DNA of 64,000 bases from contig CM075988.1 of assembly GCA_038087875.1 (NCBI GenBank), forward strand, positions 20,338,001 to 20,402,000, read 5' to 3'. How positions within the stretch are numbered: position 1 is the first letter of the stretch; each line of letters starts with the position of its first letter. A program made the position numbers and the translations under genes. The DNA comes from Malacoraja senta. Taxonomy: Eukaryota. The notes under the pieces were generated by a model. That model ran no database searches. It worked only from the letters and a program-made list of their open reading frames with translations, and was not told the origin of the DNA. Below, piece by piece: positions 23,888-36,954 of the stretch.

Positions 23888-24781
23888 AGGGGCTGTCCCA
23901 CTTGGGCGACCTAATCCGCGAGTTCTAGCGAGTTTGCCCTCGACTCGTACTCGCAGCATGGTCGACACAAGGTCGTAGGAGGTCTTTGCATCTCTCCTTC
24001 GTGCTCGAGAGTGGTCCCCGTGTACTCGAGGCCTCAGCTAGGTCGCAGCATATTTTTCAACATGTTGAAAAATGCCCGCGAGTAAAAAAAGGTCGCCATG
24101 GAAAAAATCGATACTTTTTTTACTCGTAGGTTTAATCGTAGTAGATTGGCATGTTAGTCATAGGTAATCGAGGGTACATAGATACATAGATACATAGAAA
24201 ATAGGTGCAGGAGTAGGCCATTCGGCCCTTCGAGCCTGCACCGCCATTCAATATGATCATGGCTGATCATCCAACTCAGTATCGCGTACCTGCCTTCTCT
24301 CCATACCCCCTGATCCCTTTAGCCACAAGGGCCACATCTAACTCCCTCTTAAATATAGCCAATGAACTGGCCTCGACTACCCTCCGTGGCAGAGAGTTCC
24401 AGAGATTCACCACTCTGTGTGAAAAAGTTTTTCCTCATCTCGGTCTTAAAGGATTTCCCCCTTATCCTTAAGCTGTGACCCCTTGTCCTGGACTTCCCCA
24501 ACATCGGGAACAATCTTCCTGCATCTAGCCTGTCCAACCCCATAAGAATTTTGTACGTAGTCGAAGGTAGTCGTAGATAGTCTTCATCATAGTCGAAGGA
24601 GATCGAAGGAGGTCGTCTTCCCTCTCCACTATTCGGTGTCCAATTTTCCCATAGCTAGTCGTAGCTAGTCTTCAACATAGTCGAAGGAGGTCTTCTACAC
24701 AGGCGAAGGAGGTCTTCAACATGTCATTTTTTCAACCTCTTCTAAACTCGCCAATTAGGTCGCCCAAGTGGGACAGCCCCT
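23888..24781. mobile_element. PIF/Harbinger-type MITE (subfamily A) carrying a nested CR1 insertion
   Basis: TIRs AGGGGCTGTCCCACTTGGGCGACCTAAT / ATTAGGTCGCCCAAGTGGGACAGCCCCT; flanks AAA / TAA; the body is collinear with 17854-18333 once 24177-24556 is removed. Confidence 0.9.
24177..24556 (-). mobile_element. Young CR1 LINE 3' fragment nested in the MITE
   Basis: ORF 24349..24543 minus GLDRLDAGRLFPMLGKSRTRGHSLRIRGK; (CATAGATA)n tail; GTA appears on both sides of the insert. Confidence 0.9.
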
Positions 24782-24789
24782 TAAGTGTT

Positions 24790-25275
24790 TGACTGCCATG
24801 TTACAATTGTACAAAGATAGTTTACTCTGCAGTTGGAGCATGTGTGCTGCGCAGTTCTGGCAGCTATGTGATAGGAAAGGTGTGATTTCAGCCAGAGCAG
24901 GGGGGAAAATGATTCACAAGGACATTGCTGGAATTGGAGTACTTGAATTATAAAGAGAGACTACATAGGCTGGCATACCTTCCCTGAAGTGAAGGAGACA
25001 TTATCGAGGTTTATAAAATCATGAGGGGCAGAGATAAGGTAATGGTCTCAGACTTTCCCCCAGGGTAGGGGCGTCTAAAACTAGAGGGCATAGGTTTAAA
25101 GTGAGTGGGAATCTGAGGGCTATGTTTTTTCCCCACACAGGGTGGTGGATATATGGAACAAGGTGCCAGAGGAGGTGGTAGCAGTGGACAAAATACATTT
25201 GAACAGATAAATGGACAGGAGGCTTCAGGGAGTTGAGATTGCAAAATCCAGGCAAATGGTGTTAGCTTGATGGAG
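24790..25275 (+). mobile_element. Degraded CR1 LINE fragment
   Basis: gcagttctgg...gattcacaag...gaggtttataaaatcatgagggg...actagagggcataggtttaaagtgag. Confidence 0.75.
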
Positions 25276-25339
25276 ATCTCGGGAGAATGAGTTACTCCAG
25301 CATTTAGTGTCTAGTTTTGGTATAAACCAGCATCTGCAG

Positions 25340-25822
25340 TTTAGTTTAGTTTAAAGACACAGCACAGAAACAGGCCCTTCAGCCCACCGAGTCCATGCCG
25401 ACCAGCGATCCCTGCACACTAAAGGGCCTGTCCCACTTCGGCGATTTTTCGGGCAACTACAGGCAACTGTCACAAAATCTTTTGAATGTTGAACATTTTT
25501 CGGTGACAGTGACGACAATTTTTGTTGACGTAGGTTGTCGTAGGTGAATTCCATTAAAACTAATCCCTGGCAGTCACCTAAAGAGTTGCCCAAGTGGGAC
25601 AGGCCCTTAACACTATCTTACACACACTAGGGACAATTTACAATTTTACCAAGTTAATTGGCCTGCAAACCTGTATGTCTTTGGAGTGTGGGGGGAAACT
25701 GAAGCACCGGTGAAAACCCATGCAGGGAGAACGTACAAACTCCGTACAGACAGCACCTGTAGCCAGGATCGAACCTGGGTCTCTGGTGCTGCAAGGCAGC
25801 AACTTTCCTGCTGCACCACGGT
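25340..25822 (-). mobile_element. HE1-type V-SINE interrupted by a MITE
   Basis: The SINE halves join at gcacac-taa-cactatc. Confidence 0.85.
25423..25607. mobile_element. PIF/Harbinger-type MITE (subfamily C, 185 bp)
   Basis: TIRs AGGGCCTGTCCCACTT / AAGTGGGACAGGCCCT; perfect TAA TSD at 25420-25422 and 25608-25610. Confidence 0.92.
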
Positions 25823-26319
25823 GTCGAGTTTGTTTCTAGCATGAAGGGCATCTTGGTGGGCATGCGTGTTGGGCCGATTTTTGATGTCTTGTTATTCCAA
25901 TCCACTCACACACTTCACAATTGGTTTTGAGGAAGCTCTGACTGATCATGTCAAAGCCAAAAATAATGTTTAGTCCCATTGAGTGGGCTGTTGTGACTCA
26001 GCATTTATCCACTTGCTTGAGCGATCTGCTTAAATATTATTACAAGCCTTGATCCGAACACTGCAGATACTGGAAATTTGAATTGAACAGAGACTGCTGC
26101 CAATGTAGTCATGGGAGGAAAGGAAGGTGCGATGTTCTGGAATATCAAGATCCCAAAAAAACGTTGTCAATCCTTTCCTCCAGATCTTGTCCAAAATGTT
26201 TCCTGGTCAGTCCAAGTCATTAACGTTTTGTTCCTGTTTTCAGTGCACATTGCTGAGATATACAGGAAAATATGGAGACATTAAGGAAACTTTAATTGTT
26301 CTTGTCAGAATTTACATTT

Positions 26320-26592
26320 CAGTTTTGCGATACAGCGCAGAAACAGGCCCTTCGGCCCACTAGGTCTGTGCCGACCAGTGATCCCCGTACATTAACACTA
26401 TCCTACACACACTCGGGGCAATTTACAATTATACCAAGCCAACAATCAGTACGTCTTTGGAGTGTGGAAGGAAACTGGAAATGCAGGTCATGGGGAGAAC
26501 AGACAAACTCTGTACAGACAGCATTTGTAGTTGGGATCGAACCCGGTGCCTGGCGCTGTAAGGTAGCAACTCTACTATGGTGCCACTGTGCA
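26320..26592 (-). mobile_element. HE1-type V-SINE
   Basis: gatacagcgcagaaacaggcccttcggcccac tail; ggatcgaacccgg...ggcgctgtaaggtagcaactctac head. Confidence 0.85.
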
Positions 26593-28309
26593 CTGTTGTC
26601 ATGGTAATTTTTTTTTACAGATATTGGTGACTATACTGACATTGCCATCCAAGTTTTATTCATCTCATGAACTCTAGTCTTCTGAGAAACTCATCTGTGG
26701 AAAGAGATAATGAGTTAATGTTCCTCTTTTCCCCCCCACGGGTGCTGTCTGACTGCTGAGTATTTCCAGCAGCATCTGTTTTGACTTCAGATTTTCGGCA
26801 TCTGCTGTTTTTTATCTTCAAGTGTCTTACTCCATTGTGTCCATATTTTAAATTGTACATGTACAGCTGCTCCTCGAGGAGGGTACCCTCTCCTGCCCCC
26901 GGTCCCCACACCGGCTCCAACCTCAGTCCAGGGCCCCGGGGGGGGGGCAGAAATTAAAATAGAAGGAAACTTACCAATGGAGCCGTCGGGTCGCCGTTGT
27001 GTACAAGTTTAACTTGGCCCTGACCCTGACCGTTCAGCATAATCATTGTGGGCCAAAGGGCCCGTTCCTCAGCTGTACTGTTCTATGCCTCTTATACTCG
27101 GTGCCCAATCAATGAAGGCAAGCGTACCATATGCCTTTTTTACTGCTCCATCGACTGTGTTGCCACTTTTAGATAGCTACGGACTTGGACCCTGAGATCG
27201 TTCTGTACATCGATGCCTATAAGGGTCTTGCCATCAACAGCATACTTCTCCTTATATTTCCTTCCAAAGCTCAATACCTCACATGTTCAAAATAAACTTT
27301 ACAAAGTAAGTTCCATATTCCTCTTGTCTCCCAAGTTAGGGTCTGATTACTGACTCTGTCAATAGATTCCAGCTCAACAGGATGGCTTCTCTGGAGCTGA
27401 TGTGGTATCGACCATTGATGAAAGCAGTAGTCCTATGGGAGAGTTGACACCACAAAATGGAAATGCGGTTAATAAATAACTGTCGGGGTCACTGGGAGGT
27501 TAATCCAACCCTTTGGCAATTCCACTCTCAGCTGAACAATTTAATTGATTTTTCTCTCCGTCTCATTCACACTTAAGTCCCTTGTGGGGTTTGTGTGTTT
27601 TTGGATCTGTAAAAGTAACAACATTTCACTCTTGTCAGAGATCTTGTCGCCTCATGATAATTGGAATAGCTTTCAGATAGCTTTTGGAAATTGGTTCTCA
27701 GAATGCGATGCAACAATAGGTGACACAGGCTTTGTGAATTATGATTTGATTGATTGAAAGATACGGCATGGAAACGGGCACATCGGCCCACTGAGCCCAT
27801 GCCGACCATCGATCACCTGCTCGCACTAGTTCTATGTTATCCCACTGCATCCACTCCCTGCACACCTTAGTACAATAATCTGTTATATCTAATTACCAAG
27901 ATAATTCTGTACATTTCATAACAGGAAATACATTTGAACTTTGGTTGACTAGGCTTGAAGTCTTTTTCCTTCTGAACTGGATCATGTAGCTTTTTTCAAT
28001 AATAGGCCAATGATTCTCAATTGCATTATGGAAAACCACAGCATCTTAACAACAGAGCTCTGCATTATAGAAGGGAAAATGAAACATATTATTCACCCAG
28101 ACAGGAGGCCTGAGAAACCACTCCCAAACCCAACTCTGAGCCAATTAGATTTGGAGAGGAGATAAATTTGTGGAGTAGTATCTTTCAAACCCTATGAAAT
28201 TGCCCAGCACCTCCATCTTACCAAGGGTTCCTCAACAGTATTTCCAACTGTAGAAACAAGAACTCCAGATGCTGATAATATGAAAGATCAACACAAAGTG
28301 CTGGAGTAA

Positions 28310-28845
28310 AGGGGCTGTCCCACTTGGACGACCTAATCCATGAGTTTAGAAGAGCCTAGACGAGTTGAAAAAAATGTCACGGTCGTGTTGACTCGCCGAA
28401 GTAAAAGACTTCCTACGTCTATGTCTACGACCTCCTACGACCCACCTCGACCTCAGTCTTCCACACCTAAGACCAACTACGACTAGCTACGAGTGGAAAT
28501 GATCACATCATAAAATGATGTCATGTTTGCATTTCTTTTTTCTCGGGCCAGTTACCGACCTACGACTACCTACGACTACCTACGACTATCATCACGACCT
28601 ACCTACGACCTACCTACTGGTAAAAAGTATAAATTTTTTCCATACAGACTTTTTTTTACTCGTGGACATTTTGTTATCAGGCTGGAAAAAACGCCGCGAC
28701 ATACTTGAGGCCACGAGTACGCGGAGACCACTTACGAGCATGAGGAAGAGTGACCTACGACCTCGTGGCGACCATGCTGCGAGTATGAGCCAAGGGCAAA
28801 CTCGGCAGAGGACGCCAATCAGGTCGTGAAAATGGGACAGGGGCT
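28310..28845. mobile_element. PIF/Harbinger-type MITE (related to subfamily A, opposite orientation) inserted in a Penelope pLTR
   Basis: AGGGGCTGTCCCACTTGGACGACCTAAT ... AATGGGACAGGGGCT; TAA TSD at 28307-28309 and 28846-28848; splits ctggag-taa-ct(c/t)agcgggtca; internal (CTACGAC)-like repeats. Confidence 0.85.
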
Positions 28846-29474
28846 TAACTTAGCGGGTCAAGCAACATCTCCAGAGAAAAAGAGTGGGTGACATTTCAGG
28901 TCGGGACCCTTCTTCAGACTGATACTTCATTACTTCCAACTGGTCTCTTCCACCAAGAAGGACAATAGGTTCCACCTCTATGTCTCACTCCAGCTAATGC
29001 ACAATGCTGAATTGGTAATTTCTCATAGTTTCTTCAATATTTAGGTTTATTATTTTCATGTGTACTGAAGTGCAGCGACAAGCTTTGTTTTGCATGTTAT
29101 TAAACAGCTCACGTACACATCGTAATCTGTACATTTTATTGAAATAAATTTGAAATGAAGACTAATCTTTTGTCAAGAAAGTACAGTAAGCACACAAAAC
29201 GAGGCCTTCTGTTCACTGGCTTGTCATTTGTTAAATAGCACCTATTGTCAGTAGACCTTCATAGCCAAGAGTTGACAGTCATTTGTTGCAAACATTTGTG
29301 CAGTTGCATCTTTAGTTATACCAAAGATGGCAACATGAAAGGCTCGGATTACTACTGTTCTACAACAAGATCCAATTTAAACAGAGGTAAAACACATGGG
29401 ATAATGCTCCATCTCATGATGGCAAAATTCTCCAGTTCTCTACCACCAGCCATGGCCAACTCTGGGAGAGTCAA

Positions 29475-29655
29475 TGTGTATGAAGGAACTGCAGATGCTG
29501 TTTAAACTGAAGATAGACACAAAAAGCTGGAGTAACTCAGCGGGACAGGCAGCATCTCAGGAGAGAAGGAATGGGTGACGTTTCGGGTCAAAACGTCACC
29601 CATTCCTTCTCTCCAGAGATGCTGCCTGTCCCGCTGAGTTACTCGAGCTTTTTTT
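29475..29655. mobile_element. Penelope pseudo-LTR fold-back (inverted pair)
   Basis: aaaaagctggagtaactcagcgggacaggcagcatctc...gggtgacgttt / aaacgtcaccc...gagatgctgcctgtcccgctgagttactcgagcttttt. Confidence 0.85.
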
Positions 29656-29854
29656 TTCTCATCTGGGGTGAGTCAAATTCCAGCCCAACAATGATGCTGG
29701 TTCGAGTTCTTGGGCTATGTGTTAGCTCTCGACACTTGGCATTTAGCAATGTGATTTGGGTTTAGGCTTATTATTGTCACAGTGAGAAGCTTTGTTTTGC
29801 ATGCTCTCCAATCAAATCAGAAAATACTATACTTGCATACAATTGTCAAATACG

Positions 29855-31125
29855 AGAATCAAGAGTGTTTTGGTGTCGTGTGTACTGAAATGGAACAATG
29901 CAATTCTTAAAGCTGCAGCACAACAGGATTATAAACAGTACTCAATTGAGAATATAAAAAAACTTCAACAAATAACAAAAACTCCTTATACTGCAAAAAT
30001 AAATCAAAGCCCAAAGTCCCTCGTACAGCCAAAGCAGTTTAGTTGCATTTCATCGTGTTTCAAAGCCTCAAGGTTGTTGAGAGGAAGCTGTTCCTGAACC
30101 TGAATGTTACAGTTTTCAAACTCCTGTGTCTTCTTCCCAATGGCAGGAATGAAATGAGGGTGTGGCCAGGGTGGTGTGGGTCCCTGATGATGCTGGCTAC
30201 TTTTTTGAGACCATAGATCCCTTCGATGATGGACCAGGCAGTGATGACCATTTTTTGTACTCCCTTGCATTCCTGGGTATTCAAGTTGCAGAAGCAAGCT
30301 GTGATGCGACCACTCAACATGCTCTCATCCGTACACTTGTCGAAGTTGTAGAGTATTCATTGACATACCCAATCTCCTCAATTTTCCTAGGAAGGAGCGA
30401 TGTTTCTTTATGATTGAATCAATGTACTGGGTCCAGAACAGATCTTCAGAGATATGCACACCCAGGAATTGAAGTTGGTGACTCTCTCCACCACTGACCT
30501 GTTGATCCTCAGTCAAAAATCAGTTTGTTGCTTTTACAGTCGTTGAGAGCAAAGTTGTTGTTCTGGCACCTTTCAATCAGACGATCAATCTCTCTCTCCT
30601 ATACTCTAACCCATATTTATCCGTAATTTGTCCAACAACGGTGGCGTTGTCAATGGATTTAAGGATGGAGTTGGAACTGTCCGGCTACACAGTCATGGGT
30701 ATAGAGTGAGTATAGCAGGGGGCTGAGCACATAGCCCTGAGGAACAGTTGCCAATTTGTACCGATTGTGTTCTGTTGATGAGGAACTGGAGGATCCAATT
30801 GCAGAGGGATGCGCAGAGACCCAGTTTCCTGAGCTCAGTAACATATTTGCAGGGGGATTTGGTGTTGAACATTGAACTGTAGTCGATGAACAACAACCTG
30901 ACGTATGTGTTTTTATTGTCCAAGTAGTCCAGTGCAAAATGGAGAGCCAGCGAGATTGCATCCCCTGTTAATCTATCGTGGTAGGTAAATTGTAGTGGGA
31001 CCAGGTTCTTGCTCAGATGGGAGTTTATGTGCCATAACCAGCCTCTCAAAGCACTTCAGCACCACGGATGCTAGTGCCACCTGTCAGTAGTTGTTGAAGC
31101 ATGTCACCTTGCTGTTCTTCGTGTT
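29855..31125 (-). mobile_element. Degraded Rex1/Babar-type LINE, about 1.3 kb
   Basis: ORF 30693..31049 (DAISLALHFALDYLDNKNTYVRLLFIDYSSMFNT), 30325..30516 (FLGVHISEDL) and 30060..30320 (IIRDPHHPGH...GRRHRSL) lie in different frames. Confidence 0.88.
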
Positions 31126-31348
31126 GGTGTCCTTTTAAAGGCAGATGTAAAGCACAACGATTTAAAGTACAATAGATAGAGCAAAGGGGAAGATGGAGTG
31201 TGTGGAAAAGAGTTCTCAGCATTGTAATACATCAATTCAAAGCACAAAGTCCAATATCCATAATGGGGGTAGAGGTGAATCGACAGTCCCTACCTTATGG
31301 CAGGATCGTTCGGAAGCCGGATAACAGAGGGGAAGAGGCTGTTCCTGA

Positions 31349-31968
31349 TATAAAGAAAGCACATCAGCGCCTCTACTTCCTGAGAAGATTACGGAGAGTC
31401 GGTATGTTAAGGAGGACTCTCTCTAACTTCTACAGGTGCACAGTAGAGAGCATGCTGACCGGTTGCATCGTGGCTTGGTTCGGCAACTTGAGTGCCCAGG
31501 AGCGAAAAAGGCTACAAAAAGTAGTAAACACTGCCCAGTCCATCATTGGCTCTGACCTCCCTACCATCGAGGGGATCTATCGCAGTCGCTGCCTCAAAAA
31601 GGCTGGCAGCATCATCAAGGACCCACACCATCCTGGCCACACACTCATCTCCCCGCTACCTTCAGGTAGAAGGTACAGGAGCCTGAAGACTGCAACGTCC
31701 AGGTTCAGGAAAAGCTGCTTCCCCACAGCCATCAGGATATTGAACTCAACTCAAACAAAACTCTGAACATTAATAGCCCATTAATAGTTTATTTGCACTT
31801 TATCTGTTTTATTTATTCATGTGTGTATATTTTTATACAATGGTATATGGACACACTGATCTGTTCTGTATTCATGCCTTCTATATTCTGTTGTGCTGAA
31901 GCAAAGCAAGAATTTCATTGTCCTATCTGGGACACATGACAATAAACTCTCTTGAATCTCTTGAATCT
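31349..31968 (+). mobile_element. Young 5'-truncated Rex1-type LINE inserted in an older antisense Rex1 tail
   Basis: Open frame [18 protein letters not shown]...[22 protein letters not shown] to the stop at 31766; 3' UTR with stem-loop, AATAAA and (CTCTTGAAT)n tail. Confidence 0.9.
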
Positions 31969-33389
31969 TGGTGAATGCTTTTGAGCTTCTGAACCTTCTG
32001 CCGGACGGCAGCATTGAAAAGAAGGAATGACCTGGGTGGGACAAGTCTTTGATTATGTTGGCTGCTTTTCCAAGGCAGCCTGGCGTAGATGGAGTCAATG
32101 GTGGGAAGTCTGGTCTGTGTGATGAACTGGACTACATCTACATTACAACTGTATTTACTTTTAACTACACTTGAATATAACTATTGGTTATAAAATGCCT
32201 TGGGGCATCTAGAAAGGATGCTAAAAAATGCTACACAAAAGTCGGTCTTTTAAGATTTTCAGTTGTTATTTCTGCAAATGATTCTGTTTCTTTTATATTC
32301 CTAATTGGAAAATCTAGGTTTATTTGCCACTGGAATTACCTCCTTTGCTCATGGAATCTTTGTAGTCTTCGCTGGAGTGCTTTTAAGAGACACACCGTAA
32401 ACATTGACAACCTCAACATTTTGTAATATTCTTGGTTTCAATTCTTTTTGGTTCCGCTGTATTATTTCAACTTTATTACAATTTATGTTACACTGTACTG
32501 TTTGTATTAACAGATCTCTTTAAAATGTAGAAGTATTCATGAGGCTTTTATGACATGCACTTCAAACACACAGATTAGTTACTGATCTTTTCTAAAAATG
32601 AACGATATAACCTAGAGCAGGAATTAAGGAAAAGGGTTTAAATGCCCTTGCTGCCGAATGTTGTAACACAAAGACCTGCTAATCTCCTTCGCCTGACCTT
32701 TGCAAAGCTCCATGACTCTACTCTGCTTTATTAGGCTTGTAAAACATTTCCCCTGGGAAACCAGTGATTATTTGAAAAAATAGAAAATTTCCCCCTTTCA
32801 TCCAAGTCTTGTTTTGCCTTTCAGTGTGCTGACATGGCTATTTTTGTGAAAGTCCAGTAAGTTAATTACTTTTGGACATCACTATTAATCTTGAGTATAC
32901 ATTTTGTTCGCTTCAACAGATTATATTGTTTCAAATACGCGCTTGTTTAAACTTTTTATGTATCGATTTTTGTTGTTGTCTTGCCTTCAATATAAAACCT
33001 GAAAATGTTCAGGTGACTATTCGGGGAGCACAGGAGACTGAGATCAAATAGATGTGTTAAAAATCATGAGGGGACAGATGAATGCTCAGATTATTTTACC
33101 CACATTGGGAAAAACAAGAACAAGAGGACATGGGTTTTAAGGTGAGAGGGGAGAGATTTAATAGGAAGCTGAGGGGCAACTACTGTATTTTATGAGTGAG
33201 TAGTGGGTACCTGGAACAAGCTGTCAGAGGAGGTAGTTTAGATATGACTGATGCTGAAGTACAAGCCTATTCCGTCAGTTAAATATACGATCTGCTTCCG
33301 TTTTCATATTTAATGTATCGAGGCAGATATATGACCGGCAGTGGTGATAGATTTGACTTTTGCTTAGAAGGAAGGACATCGTGATGCAC

Positions 33390-34010
33390 CTTTAGTTTAG
33401 TTTAGAGATACAGCGCGGAAACAGGCCCTTCGGCCCACCGAGTACACGCCGACCAGCAATCCCCGCACATTAACCCTACACACACTAGGGACCATTTACA
33501 TTTATAGCAAGCCGATTAACCTACAAACCTGTACATTTTTGGAGTGTGGGAGGAAACCGAAGATCTCGGAGAAAACCCATGCAGGTCACGGGGAGAACGT
33601 AGAAACTCTATACAGACAGCACCCGTGGTCAGGATCGAACCCGGGTACATGGCGCCGCAAGCGCTGTAAGGCAGCAGCTCTACTGCTGCGTCACCTTGCC
33701 GCCCAAACTTTAGACTTTAGAGCTTTTTACTTTAGACTTTAGTGCTACAGCGCAGAAACAGGCCTTCGGCCCACCTAGTTTGCGCTGACCAACGATCACC
33801 CCGTACACTAACACTATCTTACACACTTGGGAACATTTTACAGAAGAAAAATTAAGCTATAAACCTATAGGTCTTTGGAATGTGGGTGAAAACTGGAGCA
33901 CCCGGAGAAAACCCACATGGTCACAGGGAGGGCGTACAAACTCTGTACAGACAACCATAGGCGGGATTGAAACCAGGTCTCTGGCGCTGTAAGGCAGCAA
34001 CTATACCACT
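33390..34010 (-). mobile_element. Two tandem HE1-type V-SINEs (about 33390-33705 and 33706-34010)
   Basis: Two complete head-to-tail antisense copies. Confidence 0.88.
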
Positions 34011-34676
34011 GTACAAGTCATCAGTGAAAATGCATTTGGAGTACTGTGTAGTTCTGGTCACCCAGCTACAAAACAGAGTATGATGGAGAAAGCTGGAAAA
34101 GAGAGGTGGGGTGGGAGAAAACTGGCAAGTGATGGGTGGATACAGGTGAGGGGGGGGGGGGGCGGGTGTTTGGCAGATGGGTGGAGTAAGTGACAAAGGC
34201 TAGAGGTGAAACTGAGACAAAAGGGTGTCAGATATGAAAAGAAGAGGATGAGTGATGGGCTTAATTCCTCCAATTGTTGGTAAAGGGAATTAATTGTTGT
34301 ACAAGACGGAATCTATTTCGGTTGGAACGGACACATCTCAGTAAGTATATTCAATACTAGTGTGAACAGGTGATCTATGTTCAGCTTGGGCTTGGTGGGC
34401 CGAAGGGCCTGTTCAAAATGCTGTGCGACTAAATTAAAATTAAAAAATCTACAGGAGAACAAACCAAGATATCAGTGGAATGATACAAGCAAGTTTCAAG
34501 TTTTTGGATCAAGGATGGGTAAAGACCTCTTCAAACATATAACTTTAAAATGAAACATATTAAAACAACATTAAAAACAGAAACAAAACAACCAAGCGCT
34601 GAGTCTCATGTCTTTCTGTCACTTGCCACGGAATCTTTCAGCAGTGTCCTGGTGTGTAGAACTCGAGGGTCCTGAT

Positions 34677-34842
34677 GTGTAGGAAGAAACTGCAGATGCT
34701 GGTTTAAACCGAAGATAGACACAAAATGCTGGAGTAACTCAGCAGGACAGGTAGCATCTCTGGAGAGAAGGAATGGGTGACATTTCGGGTCGAGACCCTT
34801 CTGCTGCCTGTCCCGCTGAATTACTCCAGCATTTTGTGTCTA
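34677..34842. mobile_element. Penelope pseudo-LTR fold-back with internal deletion
   Basis: agacacaaaatgctggagtaactcagcaggacagg / cctgtcccgctgaattactccagcattttgtgtct. Confidence 0.8.
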
Positions 34843-34880
34843 TTGAGGGTCCCGACACCATCCTAAGGTTTCCATCCTTG

Positions 34881-36954
34881 GAAACACTGACTGGAAGGCG
34901 TTTGCAGCCCAGGCCACCCTTGACTCCCACACGGACATTGACTCCTATACATCATCTGTTCTGGACTTTATAAACGCCACCATCAACAGCGTCACCTCCC
35001 TCAAACAGGTGACCATATTCCCGAATCAGAAGCCATGGATGAACAGCGAGGTCAGGCTACTGCTGAAAGCACGGGACACCGCTTTCAGGTCAGGCGATGC
35101 CCGAGCCTACAGTTCATCCAGGGCTAACCTGAAGAGGGGCATCAAGAAGGCCAAGCACTGCCATAAACTCAGGATTGAGGAGCACTTCAACAACAACTCC
35201 GACCCCCGACGCATGTGGCAAGGCATCCAGGCCATCACGGACTTTAGACCCACCAACACCACCCCCACATCCAGTAACACCTCCTTCCTTGAGGAGCTCA
35301 ACCACTTCTATGGCCGTTTCGATAGGGACAATCGGCAGTTGGCCATCAAGGCGGTGCTCCCTGCCGATCACCAGCCCCTCTCACTCACCCCCTTCGACGT
35401 GTACGTGGCACTGAGTAGGACTAATGCACGTAAGGCTGCTGGCCCCGACGGCATCCCCGGGCGCGTCCTCAGGGCCTGTGCTGCGCAGCTGACAGACGTC
35501 TGGACTGACATCTTCAACCTGTCACTTGCCCAAGCAGTTGTGCCCACGTGCCTTAAATCCACCTCCATCGTGCCGGTGCCAAAACACTCCACTGCGGCAA
35601 GCCTCAACGACTTCCGCCCAGTTGCACTTACTCCCATCATCGCCAAGTGCTTCGAGAGGCTGGTCCTGGCACACCTCAAAGGCTGCCTACCCCCCACGTT
35701 GGATCCCTATCAGTTTGCCTACCGCAAGAACAGGAGTACGGAGGATGCCATCTCAACGGCACTTCACTCCGCCCTCTCCCACCTCGACAACAGAGACACT
35801 TACGTAAGAATGCTGTTCATCGATTACAGCTCAGCATTCAACACCATCATACCCTCTAAACTGATCACCAAACTCGGTGACCTGGGCATCGACCCCTCCC
35901 TCTGCAACTGGATACTGGACTTTCTAACCAACAGACCCCAGTCTGTTAGGTTAGACAAGCACACCTCTTCAACCCTCACCCTGAACACCGGCGTTCCACA
36001 GGGCTGTGTGCTGAGCCCCCTCCTCTACTCCCTCTTCACCTACGACTGCACACCTGTACATGGTACTAACACCATCATCAAGTATGCAGATGATACAACG
36101 GTGATTGGCCTCATCAGCAACAACGATGAGTCGGCCTTTAGGGAGGAGGTCCAGCTCCTAGCAGCATGGTGCGCTGACAACAACCTGGCCCTTAACTCCA
36201 AGAAGACCAAGGAGCTCATTGTAGACTTCAGGAAGTCTAGGGGCGGCATGCACACCCCCATCCACATTAACGGGAGGGAGGTGGAACGTGTTTCCAGCTT
36301 CAGGTTCCTGGGGGTCAACATCTCCGATGACCTCTCTTGGACCAACAATACCTCAACTCTGGTCAAGAAGGCTCACCAGCGTCTCTTCTTCCTGAGGAGA
36401 CTAAAGAAGGTCCATCTGTCTCCTCGGATTCTGGTGAACTTCTACCGCTGCACCATCGAGAGCATCCTTACCAACTGCATCACAGTATGGTATGGCAACT
36501 GCTCTGTCTCCGACCGGAAAGCACTGCAGAGGGTGGTGAAAATTGCCCAACGCATCACCGGTTCCTCACTCCCCACCATTGAGTCTGTCCAAAGCAAGCG
36601 TTGTCTGCGAAGGGCGCTCAGCATCGCCAAGGACTGCTCTCACCCCAACCACAGACTGTTTACCCTCCTACCATCCGGGAGGCGCTACAGGTCTCTCCGT
36701 TGCCGGACCAGCAGGTCCAGGAACAGCTTCTTCCCTGCGGCGGTTACACTACTCAACACTGTACCTCGGTGACTGCCAATCACACCCCCCCCCCGGACAC
36801 TCCTCCCACCAGGATTTATTAGATTAGATTTATTTATTTACTGCTCATATTTATGTCGCTCTTCTAGGGAGATGCTAACTGCATTTCGTTGTCTCTGTAC
36901 TGTACACTGCACAATGACAATAAAGTTGAATCTGAATCTGAATCTGAATCTGAA
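34881..36954 (+). mobile_element. Rex1/Babar-type LINE, 5'-truncated, about 2.1 kb, very young
   Basis: Uninterrupted RT frame, retained CpGs, 3' UTR stem-loop, AATAAA at 36919-36924 and (TGAATC)n tail at 36927-36954. Confidence 0.93.
34883..36772 (+). CDS. Rex1/Babar reverse transcriptase, open frame lacking the start codon and endonuclease domain
   Basis: NTDWKAF... continues into ORF 35009..36772 with [56 protein letters not shown]; no stops or frameshifts. Confidence 0.88.
   Translation, partial: NTDWKAFAAQATLDSHTDIDSYTSSVLDFINATINSVTSLKQVTIFPNQKPWMNSEVRLLLKARDTAFRSGDARAYSSSRANLKRGIKKAKHCHKLRIEEHFNNNSDPRRMWQGIQAITDFRPTNTTPTSSNTSFLEELNHFYGRFDRDNRQLAIKAVLPADHQPLSLTPFDVYVALSRTNARKAAGPDGIPGRVLRACAAQLTDVWTDIFNLSLAQAVVPTCLKSTSIVPVPKHSTAASLNDFRPVALTPIIAKCFERLVLAHLKGCLPPTLDPYQFAYRKNRSTEDAISTALHSALSHLDNRDTYVRMLFIDYSSAFNTIIPSKLITKLGDLGIDPSLCNWILDFLTNRPQSVRLDKHTSSTLTLNTGVPQGCVLSPLLYSLFTYDCTPVHGTNTIIKYADDTTVIGLISNNDESAFREEVQLLAAWCADNNLALNSKKTKELIVDFRKSRGGMHTPIHINGREVERVSSFRFLGVNISDDLSWTNNTSTLVKKAHQRLFFLRRLKKVHLSPRILVNFYRCTIESILTNCITVWYGNCSVSDRKALQRVVKIAQRITGSSLPTIESVQSKRCLRRALSIAKDCSHPNHRLFTLLPSGRRYRSLRCRTSRSRNSFFPAAVTLLNTVPR

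Noticed and set aside
27366..27467. Plus-strand 102-bp exon candidate (IPAQQDGFSGADVVSTIDESS...)
   Set aside because: The donor is weak (GTTAAT), the protein is not recognisable and no partner exons were found.
31200..31766. 188-aa ORF as a host gene
   Set aside because: It is a chimera of an antisense old Rex1 tail and the C-terminus of a young Rex1 insertion.
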